A program made the translations under genes and the position numbers. Of a stretch of 64,000 nucleotides of DNA, positions 1 to 10,710 are shown piece after piece (positions within the stretch are counted from its first letter, which is position 1; every line of letters starts with the position of its first letter). This DNA comes from the human T2T-CHM13v2.0 reference genome, Homo sapiens. The DNA lies in NCBI RefSeq assembly GCF_009914755.1, contig NC_060930.1; one strand, 5' to 3'. The notes below the pieces were generated by a model. The model was not told the DNA's origin, made no database searches, and saw only the letters and a program-made list of their open reading frames with translations.

Positions 1-464
1 TCTCAGAAACTCCTTTGTGATGTGTGCATTCAATTCAAAGAGTGAAACCTCCCTTTTCACAGAGCAGTTTTGAAACACTGTTTTTGTAGGATTTCCAAGG
101 GGATATTTATAGCGCATTGAGCCTACGGCGGAAAAAGAAACATCTTCCTATAAAAACTAGACAGAATACTTCTCAGAATCTGCTTTGCGATGTGTGCGTT
201 CAACTCACAGAGTAAAACTTTTCTTTTGATAGAGCAGTTTTGAAACACTCTTTTTGTAGTATTTGCATGTGTATATTTAGAGCGCATTGAAGCCCACAGT
301 AGAAAAGGAAATAACTTCACCTAAAACCTAGACAGAAGCAATCACAGAAACTACTTTGTGATGTGTACATTCAACTCACAGAGTGGAACTTTCCTCTTTA
401 TAGAGCAGTGTTGAAACACTCTTTTTGTAGAAACTGCAAGTGGATATTTGGACCTCTTTGAGGC

Positions 465-481
465 CTTCGTTGGAAACGGGA
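465..481 (+). promoter_or_regulatory. CENP-B box (intact; recurs at the same offset in the other HOR copies)
   Basis: CTTCGTTGGAAACGGGA, the canonical 17-bp box. Confidence 0.95.
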
Positions 482-804
482 TTTCTTCCTATAACCCTAG
501 ACAGAAGAATTTTCAGAAACCTCATTGTGATGTGTGCGTTCATCTCACAGAGTGGAGTCTTCCGTTTGATAGAGAAGTTTTGAAACCCTGTTCTTGTAGG
601 ATTTCCAAGTGGATATTTAGACCACTTTGAAGCCTATGATAGAAAAGGAAACATCTTCATGGAAAACATAGATAGAATCATCCTCAGAAACAACTTTGTG
701 ATGTGTGCGTTGAACTCACCGTCTTTAACCTTTCTTTTGGTAGAGAAGTTTTGAAACACTCTCTTTGTAAAGTCTACAAGTGGATATTTTGAGCCCTTGG
801 AGGC

Positions 805-821
805 ATTCTTTGGAAAAGGGA
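805..821 (+). promoter_or_regulatory. Degenerate CENP-B box position (both CpGs lost)
   Basis: ATTCTTTGGAAAAGGGA at the box position; core TTCG and CGGG are both broken. Confidence 0.8.
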
Positions 822-975
822 ATGTCTTCACATAAAAGGCAGACGGAAGTGTTCTCAGAAACTGCTTTGTGATGTCTGTGTTCAACTCACAGAGTTTAAC
901 ATTTCCTTTGATAGAGCGGTTTAGTAACCCTCTCTTTGTAGAATTTGGAAGTGTATACTAAGAGCGCTTTGAGGC

Positions 976-992
976 CTATGGTAGAAAAGGAA
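976..992 (+). promoter_or_regulatory. pJalpha-like motif of an A-type monomer (representative example)
   Basis: CTATGGTAGAAAAGGAA occupies the box-equivalent position in monomers that lack a CENP-B box. Confidence 0.65.
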
Positions 993-1146
993 ATATCTTT
1001 CCATAAAAGCTAGACAGAAGCAATCTCAGAAACTCCTCTGTGATGTCTGCATTCAACTCACCGAGTGGAACATTCCTCTTGAGAGAGCAGTTTGGAAACA
1101 CTCTTTCTGTAGAATCAGCTTGTTTGTATTTGGACCTCCTTGAGGC

Positions 1147-1163
1147 CTTCGTTGGAAACGGGT
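1147..1163 (+). promoter_or_regulatory. CENP-B box (core intact, terminal T)
   Basis: CTTCGTTGGAAACGGGT; the TTCG....A..CGGG core is retained. Confidence 0.9.
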
Positions 1164-1486
1164 TTTCATCTTATAAACCCAGACAGAAGAATTCTCAGAG
1201 TCTTCTTTGTGATGTGTGCTTTCAACTCACCGAGATAAAGATTTCTCTTGATAGAGCAATTTGGAAACACTCTTTTTGTAGAATTTGCAAGGGTACATTG
1301 AGAGCGCTTTCAGGCCTATGGTAGAAAAGGGAATATCTTTCCATAAAAGGTAGACAGAAGCAATCTCAGAAACTACTTTGTGATGTGTGCATTCAACTCA
1401 CCGAGTGCAACGTTCCTCTTGACCGAGCAGTTTGGAAACATTGTTTCTGTAGAATCTGCAAGTGGATATTTGGACCTCTTTGAGGC

Positions 1487-1503
1487 CTTCGTTGGAAACG
1501 GGA
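1487..1503 (+). promoter_or_regulatory. CENP-B box (intact)
   Basis: CTTCGTTGGAAACGGGA. Confidence 0.95.
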
Positions 1504-1826
1504 TTTCTTCCTATAAACCCAGACAGAAGAATTCTCAGAGACTTCTTTGTGATGTGTGAATTCAACTCACAGTGTGGATCCTTCCTTTTGATAGAGCAGT
1601 TTTGAAACCCTGTTTTTGTAGTATTTCCAAGCGGATATTTGGAACGCCTTGAAGCGTATGGTAGAAAAGGAAATATCTTCCCATAAAACCTAGACAGAAC
1701 CAATCTCAGAAACGACTTTGTGATGTCTGCATTCAAGTCACAGAGTTGAACATTTCTCTTGATAGAGCAGTTTTGAAACCCTCTTTCTGAAGGATCTGCA
1801 AGTGGATATTTGGAACTCCTTTGGGT

Positions 1827-1843
1827 CTTCGTTGGAAACGGGA
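1827..1843 (+). promoter_or_regulatory. CENP-B box (intact), just upstream of the 15-mer deletion junction
   Basis: CTTCGTTGGAAACGGGA. Confidence 0.95.
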
Positions 1844-2166
1844 TTTCTTCGTATAAATCTAGACAGAAGAATTCTCAGAAACTTCCTTGTGATGTGTGCA
1901 TTCAACTCAGCGAGTGGCACCTTCCTTTGGATACAGCAGTTTTGAAACACTGTTTTTGTAGTATTTCCAAGCGGATATTTAGAGCGCCTTGAAGCCTATG
2001 CTAGAAATGGAAATATCTCCCCATAAAACCAAGACGGAAGCAATCTCAGAAACTAATGTGTGATGGCTGCATTCCACACACACGGTGGACCATTTCTCTT
2101 GATAGAGCAGTTTTGAAACACTCTTTCTGTAGAATCTGCAAGTGGATAATTGGACCTCCTAGAGGC

Positions 2167-2183
2167 CTTCGTTGGAAACGGGA
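2167..2183 (+). promoter_or_regulatory. CENP-B box (intact)
   Basis: CTTCGTTGGAAACGGGA. Confidence 0.95.
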
Positions 2184-2505
2184 TTTCTTCATCTAAACCT
2201 ACAGAGAAGTATTCTCAGTAACTTCTTCGGATGTGTGCATTCGACGCACAGAATGGAACATTCCCTTTGATAGAGCAGTTTTGAGACACCGTTTTTGTAG
2301 AATTCCCAAGTGGATATTTAGAGCACTTTGAAGTCTCTGCTAGAAAAGGAAACATCTTCATGTAAAAAGTAGATAGAATCGTTCTCAGAAAGTGCTTAGT
2401 GTCGTGTGCGTTCAACTCACAGAGTTTAACGTTTCTTTTGATAGAGCGTTTCTGAAACACCCTTCTTGTAGTAGCTGCAAGTGGATATTTGGACCTATTG
2501 GAGGC

Positions 2506-2522
2506 CTTCTTTGGAAATGGGA
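2506..2522 (+). promoter_or_regulatory. Degenerate CENP-B box (both CpGs lost)
   Basis: CTTCTTTGGAAATGGGA. Confidence 0.8.
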
Positions 2523-5500
2523 TTTCTTCATGTAACTCTAGATTGAAGAATTCTCAGAAACTCCTTTGTGATGTGTGCATTCAATTCAAAGAGTGAAACC
2601 TCTCTTTTCACAGAGCAGTTTTGAAACACTGTTTTTGTAGGATTTCCAAGGGGATATTTATAGCGCATTGAGCCTACGGCGGAAAAAGAAACATCTTCCT
2701 ATAAAAACTAGACAGAATACTTCTCAGAATCTGCTTTGCGATGTGTGCGTTCAACTCACAGAGTAAAACTTTTCTTTTGATAGAGCAGTTTTGAAACACT
2801 CTTTTTGTAGTATTTGCATGTGTATATTTAGAGCGCATTGAAGCCCACAGTAGAAAAGGAAATAACTTCACCTAAAACCTAGACAGAAGCAATCTCAGAA
2901 ACTACTTTGTGATGTGTACATTCAACTCACAGAGTGGAACTTTCCTCTTTATAGAGCAGTGTTGAAACACTCTTTTTGTAGAAACTGCAAGTGGATATTT
3001 GGACCTCTTTGAGGCCTTCGTTGGAAACGGGATTTCTTCCTATAACCCTAGACAGAAGAATTTTCAGAAACCTCATTGTGATGTGTGCGTTCATCTCACA
3101 GAGTGGAGTCTTCCGTTTGATAGAGAAGTTTTGAAACCCTGTTCTTGTAGGATTTCCAAGTGGATATTTAGACCACTTTGAAGCCTATGATAGAAAAGGA
3201 AACATCTTCATGGAAAACATAGATAGAATCATCCTCAGAAACAACTTTGTGATGTGTGCGTTGAACTCACCGTCTTTAACCTTTCTTTTGGTAGAGAAGT
3301 TTTGAAACACTCTCTTTGTAAAGTCTACAAGTGGATATTTTGAGCCCTTGGAGGCATTCTTTGGAAAAGGGAATGTCTTCACATAAAAGGCAGACGGAAG
3401 TGTTCTCAGAAACTGCTTTGTGATGTCTGTGTTCAACTCACAGAGTTTAACATTTCCTTTGATAGAGCGGTTTAGTAACCCTCTCTTTGTAGAATTTGGA
3501 AGTGTATACTAAGAGCGCTTTGAGGCCTATGGTAGAAAAGGAAATATCTTTCCATAAAAGCTAGACAGAAGCAATCTCAGAAACTCCTCTGTGATGTCTG
3601 CATTCAACTCACCGAGTGGAACATTCCTCTTGAGAGAGCAGTTTGGAAACACTCTTTCTGTAGAATCAGCTTGTTTGTATTTGGACCTCCTTGAGGCCTT
3701 CGTTGGAAACGGGTTTTCATCTTATAAACCCAGACAGAAGAATTCTCAGAGTCTTCTTTGTGATGTGTGCTTTCAACTCACCGAGATAAAGATTTCTCTT
3801 GATAGAGCAATTTGGAAACACTCTTTTTGTAGAATTTGCAAGGGTACATTGAGAGCGCTTTCAGGCCTATGGTAGAAAAGGGAATATCTTTCCATAAAAG
3901 GTAGACAGAAGCAATCTCAGAAACTACTTTGTGATGTGTGCATTCAACTCACCGAGTGCAACGTTCCTCTTGACCGAGCAGTTTGGAAACATTGTTTCTG
4001 TAGAATCTGCAAGTGGATATTTGGACCTCTTTGAGGCCTTCGTTGGAAACGGGATTTCTTCCTATAAACCCAGACAGAAGAATTCTCAGAGACTTCTTTG
4101 TGATGTGTGAATTCAACTCACAGTGTGGATCCTTCCTTTTGATAGAGCAGTTTTGAAACCCTGTTTTTGTAGTATTTCCAAGCGGATATTTGGAACGCCT
4201 TGAAGCGTATGGTAGAAAAGGAAATATCTTCCCATAAAACCTAGACAGAACCAATCTCAGAAACGACTTTGTGATGTCTGCATTCAAGTCACAGAGTTGA
4301 ACATTTCTCTTGATAGAGCAGTTTTGAAACCCTCTTTCTGAAGGATCTGCAAGTGGATATTTGGAACTCCTTTGGGTCTTCGTTGGAAACGGGATTTCTT
4401 CGTATAAATCTAGACAGAAGAATTCTCAGAAACTTCCTTGTGATTTGTGCATTCAACTCAGCGAGTGGCACCTTCCTTTGGATACAGCAGTTTTGAAACA
4501 CTGTTTTTGTAGTATTTCCAAGCGGATATTTAGAGCGCCTTGAAGCCTATGCTAGAAATGGAAATATCTCCCCATAAAACCAAGACGGAAGCAATCTCAG
4601 AAACTAATGTGTGATGGCTGCATTCCACACACACGGTGGACCATTTCTCTTGATAGAGCAGTTTTGAAACACTCTTTCTGTAGAATCTGCAAGTGGATAA
4701 TTGGACCTCCTAGAGGCCTTCGTTGGAAACGGGATTTCTTCATCTAAACCTACAGAGAAGTATTCTCAGTAACTTCTTCGGATGTGTGCATTCGACGCAC
4801 AGAATGGAACATTCCCTTTGATAGAGCAGTTTTGAGACACCGTTTTTGTAGAATTCCCAAGTGGATATTTAGAGCACTTTGAAGTCTCTGCTAGAAAAGG
4901 AAACATCTTCATGTAAAAAGTAGATAGAATCGTTCTCAGAAAGTGCTTAGTGTCGTGTGCGTTCAACTCACAGAGTTTAACGTTTCTTTTGATAGAGCGT
5001 TTCTGAAACACCCTTCTTGTAGTAGCTGCAAGTGGATATTTGGACCTATTGGAGGCCTTCTTTGGAAATGGGATTTCTTCATGTAACTCTAGATTGAAGA
5101 ATTCTCAGAAACTCCTTTGTGATGTGTGCATTCAATTCAAAGAGTGAAACCTCTCTTTTCACAGAGCAGTTTTGAAACACTGTTTTTGTAGGATTTCCAA
5201 GGGGATATTTATAGCGCATTGAGCCTACGGCGGAAAAAGAAACATCTTCCTATAAAAACTAGACAGAATACTTCTCAGAATCTGCTTTGCGATGTGTGCG
5301 TTCAACTCACAGAGTAAAACTTTTCTTTTGATAGAGCAGTTTTGAAACACTCTTTTTGTAGTATTTGCATGTGTATATTTAGAGCGCATTGAAGCCCACA
5401 GTAGAAAAGGAAATAACTTCACCTAAAACCTAGACAGAAGCAATCTCAGAAACTACTTTGTGATGTGTACATTCAACTCACAGAGTGGAACTTTCCTCTT

Positions 5501-8500
5501 TATAGAGCAGTGTTGAAACACTCTTTTTGTAGAAACTGCAAGTGGATATTTGGACCTCTTTGAGGCCTTCGTTGGAAACGGGATTTCTTCCTATAACCCT
5601 AGACAGAAGAATTTTCAGAAACCTCATTGTGATGTGTGCGTTCATCTCACAGAGTGGAGTCTTCCGTTTGATAGAGAAGTTTTGAAACCCTGTTCTTGTA
5701 GGATTTCCAAGTGGATATTTAGACCACTTTGAAGCCTATGATAGAAAAGGAAACATCTTCATGGAAAACATAGATAGAATCATCCTCAGAAACAACTTTG
5801 TGATGTGTGCGTTGAACTCACCGTCTTTAACCTTTCTTTTGGTAGAGAAGTTTTGAAACACTCTCTTTGTAAAGTCTACAAGTGGATATTTTGAGCCCTT
5901 GGAGGCATTCTTTGGAAAAGGGAATGTCTTCACATAAAAGGCAGACGGAAGTGTTCTCAGAAACTGCTTTGTGATGTCTGTGTTCAACTCACAGAGTTTA
6001 ACATTTCCTTTGATAGAGCGGTTTAGTAACCCTCTCTTTGTAGAATTTGGAAGTGTATACTAAGAGCGCTTTGAGGCCTATGGTAGAAAAGGAAATATCT
6101 TTCCATAAAAGCTAGACAGAAGCAATCTCAGAAACTCCTCTGTGATGTCTGCATTCAACTCACCGAGTGGAACATTCCTCTTGAGAGAGCAGTTTGGAAA
6201 CACTCTTTCTGTAGAATCAGCTTGTTTGTATTTGGACCTCCTTGAGGCCTTCGTTGGAAACGGGTTTTCATCTTATAAACCCAGACAGAAGAATTCTCAG
6301 AGTCTTCTTTGTGATGTGTGCTTTCAACTCACCGAGATAAAGATTTCTCTTGATAGAGCAATTTGGAAACACTCTTTTTGTAGAATTTGCAAGGGTACAT
6401 TGAGAGCGTTTTCAGGCCTATGGTAGAAAAGGGAATATCTTTCCATAAAAGGTAGACAGAAGCAATCTCAGAAACTACTTTGTGATGTGTGCATTCAACT
6501 CACCGAGTGCAACGTTCCTCTTGACCGAGCAGTTTGGAAACATTGTTTCTGTAGAATCTGCAAGTGGATATTTGGACCTCTTTGAGGCCTTCGTTGGAAA
6601 CGGGATTTCTTCCTATAAACCCAGACAGAAGAATTCTCAGAGACTTCTTTGTGATGTGTGAATTCAACTCACAGTGTGGATCCTTCCTTTTGATAGAGCA
6701 GTTTTGAAACCCTGTTTTTGTAGTATTTCCAAGCGGATATTTGGAACGCCTTGAAGCGTATGGTAGAAAAGGAAATATCTTCCCATAAAACCTAGACAGA
6801 ACCAATCTCAGAAACGACTTTGTGATGTCTGCATTCAAGTCACAGAGTTGAACATTTCTCTTGATAGAGCAGTTTTGAAACCCTCTTTCTGAAGGATCTG
6901 CAAGTGGATATTTGGAACTCCTTTGGGTCTTCGTTGGAAACGGGATTTCTTCGTATAAATCTAGACAGAAGAATTCTCAGAAACTTCCTTGTGATGTGTG
7001 CATTCAACTCAGCGAGTGGCACCTTCCTTTGGATACAGCAGTTTTGAAACACTGTTTTTGTAGTATTTCCAAGCGGATATTTAGAGCGCCTTGAAGCCTA
7101 TGCTAGAAATGGAAATATCTCCCCATAAAACCAAGACGGAAGCAATCTCAGAAACTAATGTGTGATGGCTGCATTCCACACACACGGTGGACCATTTCTC
7201 TTGATAGAGCAGTTTTGAAACACTCTTTCTGTAGAATCTGCAAGTGGATAATTGGACCTCCTAGAGGCCTTCGTTGGAAACGGGATTTCTTCATCTAAAC
7301 CTACAGAGAAGTATTCTCAGTAACTTCTTCGGATGTGTGCATTCGACGCACAGAATGGAACATTCCCTTTGATAGAGCAGTTTTGAGACACCGTTTTTGT
7401 AGAATTCCCAAGTGGATATTTAGAGCACTTTGAAGTCTCTGCTAGAAAAGGAAACATCTTCATGTAAAAAGTAGATAGAATCGTTCTCAGAAAGTGCTTA
7501 GTGTCGTGTGCGTTCAACTCACAGAGTTTAACGTTTCTTTTGATAGAGCGTTTCTGAAACACCCTTCTTGTAGTAGCTGCAAGTGGATATTTGGACCTAT
7601 TGGAGGCCTTCTTTGGAAATGGGATTTCTTCATGTAACTCTAGATTGAAGAATTCTCAGAAACTCCTTTGTGATGTGTGCATTCAATTCAAAGAGTGAAA
7701 CCTCTCTTTTCACAGAGCAGTTTTGAAACACTGTTTTTGTAGGATTTCCAAGGGGATATTTATAGCGCATTGAGCCTACGGCGGAAAAAGAAACATCTTC
7801 CTATAAAAACTAGACAGAATACTTCTCAGAATCTGCTTTGCGATGTGTGCGTTCAACTCACAGAGTAAAACTTTTCTTTTGATAGAGCAGTTTTGAAACA
7901 CTCTTTTTGTAGTATTTGCATGTGTATATTTAGAGCGCATTGAAGCCCACAGTAGAAAAGGAAATAACTTCACCTAAAACCTAGACAGAAGCAATCACAG
8001 AAACTACTTTGTGATGTGTACATTCAACTCACAGAGTGGAACTTTCCTCTTTATAGAGCAGTGTTGAAACACTCTTTTTGTAGAAACTGCAAGTGGATAT
8101 TTGGACCTCTTTGAGGCCTTCGTTGGAAACGGGATTTCTTCCTATAACCCTAGACAGAAGAATTTTCAGAAACCTCATTGTGATGTGTGCGTTCATCTCA
8201 CAGAGTGGAGTCTTCCGTTTGATAGAGAAGTTTTGAAACCCTGTTCTTGTAGGATTTCCAAGTGGATATTTAGACCACTTTGAAGCCTATGATAGAAAAG
8301 GAAACATCTTCATGGAAAACATAGATAGAATCATCCTCAGAAACAACTTTGTGATGTGTGCGTTGAACTCACCGTCTTTAACCTTTCTTTTGGTAGAGAA
8401 GTTTTGAAACACTCTCTTTGTAAAGTCTACAAGTGGATATTTTGAGCCCTTGGAGGCATTCTTTGGAAAAGGGAATGTCTTCACATAAAAGGCAGACGGA

Positions 8501-9816
8501 AGTGTTCTCAGAAACTGCTTTGTGATGTCTGTGTTCAACTCACAGAGTTTAACATTTCCTTTGATAGAGCGGTTTAGTAACCCTCTCTTTGTAGAATTTG
8601 GAAGTGTATACTAAGAGCGCTTTGAGGCCTATGGTAGAAAAGGAAATATCTTTCCATAAAAGCTAGACAGAAGCAATCTCAGAAACTCCTCTGTGATGTC
8701 TGCATTCAACTCACCGAGTGGAACATTCCTCTAGAGAGAGCAGTTTGGAAACACTCTTTCTGTAGAATCAGCTTGTTTGTATTTGGACCTCCTTGAGGCC
8801 TTCGTTGGAAACGGGTTTTCATCTTATAAACCCAGACAGAAGAATTCTCAGAGTCTTCTTTGTGATGTGTGCTTTCAACTCACCGAGATAAAGATTTCTC
8901 TTGATAGAGCAATTTGGAAACACTCTTTTTGTAGAATTTGCAAGGGTACATTGAGAGCGCTTTCAGGCCTATGGTAGAAAAGGGAATATCTTTCCATAAA
9001 AGGTAGACAGAAGCAATCTCAGAAACTACTTTGTGATGTGTGCATTCAACTCACCGAGTGCAACGTTCCTCTTGACCGAGCAGTTTGGAAACATTGTTTC
9101 TGTAGAATCTGCAAGTGGATATTTGGACCTCTTTGAGGCCTTCGTTGGAAACGGGATTTCTTCCTATAAACCCAGACAGAAGAATTCTCAGAGACTTCTT
9201 TGTGATGTGTGAATTCAACTCACAGTGTGGATCCTTCCTTTTGATAGAGCAGTTTTGAAACCCTGTTTTTGTAGTATTTCCAAGCGGATATTTGGAACGC
9301 CTTGAAGCGTATGGTAGAAAAGGAAATATCTTCCCATAAAACCTAGACAGAACCAATCTCAGAAACGACTTTGTGATGTCTGCATTCAAGTCACAGAGTT
9401 GAACATTTCTCTTGATAGAGCAGTTTTGAAACCCTCTTTCTGAAGGATCTGCAAGTGGATATTTGGAACTCCTTTGGGTCTTCGTTGGAAACGGGATTTC
9501 TTCGTATAAATCTAGACAGAAGAATTCTCCGAAACTTCTTTGGTTGTGTGCATTCAAGTCACAGAGTGGAACCTTCCTTTGGATAGAGCAGTTTGAAACG
9601 CCGTGGTTGTAGTATTTCCAAGCGGATATTAGAGCGCCTTGAGGCCTATGGTAGAAAAGGAAATATCTTCCCATAAAACCTAGACGGAAGCAATCTCAGA
9701 AACTACTGTGTGATGGCTGCATTCCACACACACGGTGGAACATTTCTCTTGATAGAGCAGTTTTGAAACACTCTTTCTGTAGAATCTGCAAGTGGATAAT
9801 TGGACCGCCTTGAGGC

Positions 9817-9833
9817 CTTCGTTGGAAACGGGA
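9817..9833 (+). promoter_or_regulatory. 18-mer-specific CENP-B box 1
   Basis: CTTCGTTGGAAACGGGA inside the 506-bp segment that 15-mers lack. Confidence 0.93.
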
Positions 9834-9985
9834 TTTCTTCATGTTACTCTAGATAGAAGAATTCTCAAACACTGCTATGTGATGTTTGCATTCAAGTCAC
9901 AGAGTGCAACATTCCTCTTGGTAGAGCAGTTGGGAAACACTCCTTTTGTAGAATCTGCAATGGGATATTTGGACTTCTTTGAGGC

Positions 9986-10002
9986 CTTCGTTGGAAACGG
10001 GA
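9986..10002 (+). promoter_or_regulatory. 18-mer-specific CENP-B box 2 (adjacent monomer, 169 bp after box 1)
   Basis: CTTCGTTGGAAACGGGA inside the 506-bp segment. Confidence 0.93.
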
Positions 10003-10710
10003 TTTCTTCGTATGAATCTAGACAGAAGAATTCTCAGAAACTTCCTTGTGATGTGTGCATTCAACTCAGCGAGTGGCACCTTCCTTTGGATACAGCAGTT
10101 TTGAAACACTGTTTTTGTAGTATTTCCAAGCGGATATTTAGAGCGCCTTGAAGCCTATGCTAGAAATGGAAATATCTCCCCATAAAACCAAGACAGAAGC
10201 AATCTCAGAAACTAATGTGTGATGGCTGCATTCCACACACACGGTGGACCATTTCTCTTGATAGAGCAGTTTTGAAACACTCTTTCTGTAGAATCTGCAA
10301 GTGGATAATTGGACCTCCTAGAGGCCTTCGTTGGAAACGGGATTTCTTCATCTAAACCTACAGAGAAGAATTCTCAGTAACTTCTTCGGATGTGTGCATT
10401 CGAAGCACAGAATGGAACATTCCCTTTGATAGAGCAGTTTTGAGACACCGTTTTTGTAGAATTCCCAAGTGGATATTTAGAGCACTTTGAAGTCTCTGCT
10501 AGAAAAGGAAACATCTTCATGTAAAAAGTAGATAGAATCGTTCTCAGAAAGTGCTTAGTGACGTGTGCGTTCAACTCACAGAGTTTAACGTTTCTTTTGA
10601 TAGAGCGTTTCTGAAACACCCTTCTTGTAGTAGCTGCAAGTGGATATTTGGACCTATTGGAGGCCTTCTTTGGAAATGGGATTTCTTCATGTAACTCTAG
10701 ATTGAAGAGT

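Larger units (their letters stand above)
1..7653 (+). repeat. Three 15-mer HOR copies (2,551 bp each; starts 1, 2552, 5103)
   Basis: Marker ORFs at 123, 2674, 5225 and 7776 are 2,551 bp apart. Confidence 0.95.
7654..10710 (+). repeat. 18-mer HOR copy (3,057 bp); extra three monomers at 9530-10035
   Basis: Marker spacing 7776 to 10833 = 3,057. Extra segment begins CGAAACTTCTTTGGTTGTG. Confidence 0.95.

Noticed and set aside
2074-2084. CCACACACAC short (CA) run
   Set aside because: Too short to be a microsatellite and constant in length across units; it is a monomer-specific variant.
465-2183. Regularly spaced CTTCGTTGGAAACGGGA resembling a CRISPR repeat end (GGAAAC)
   Set aside because: These are CENP-B boxes. 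The intervening DNA is repetitive monomer sequence rather than unique spacers, and there are no cas genes.
9051-9674. 207-aa minus-strand ORF in 18-mers (183-aa version at 63107-63658)
   Set aside because: Its length results from monomer indels joining frames. It marks HOR type but is not evidence of a gene.
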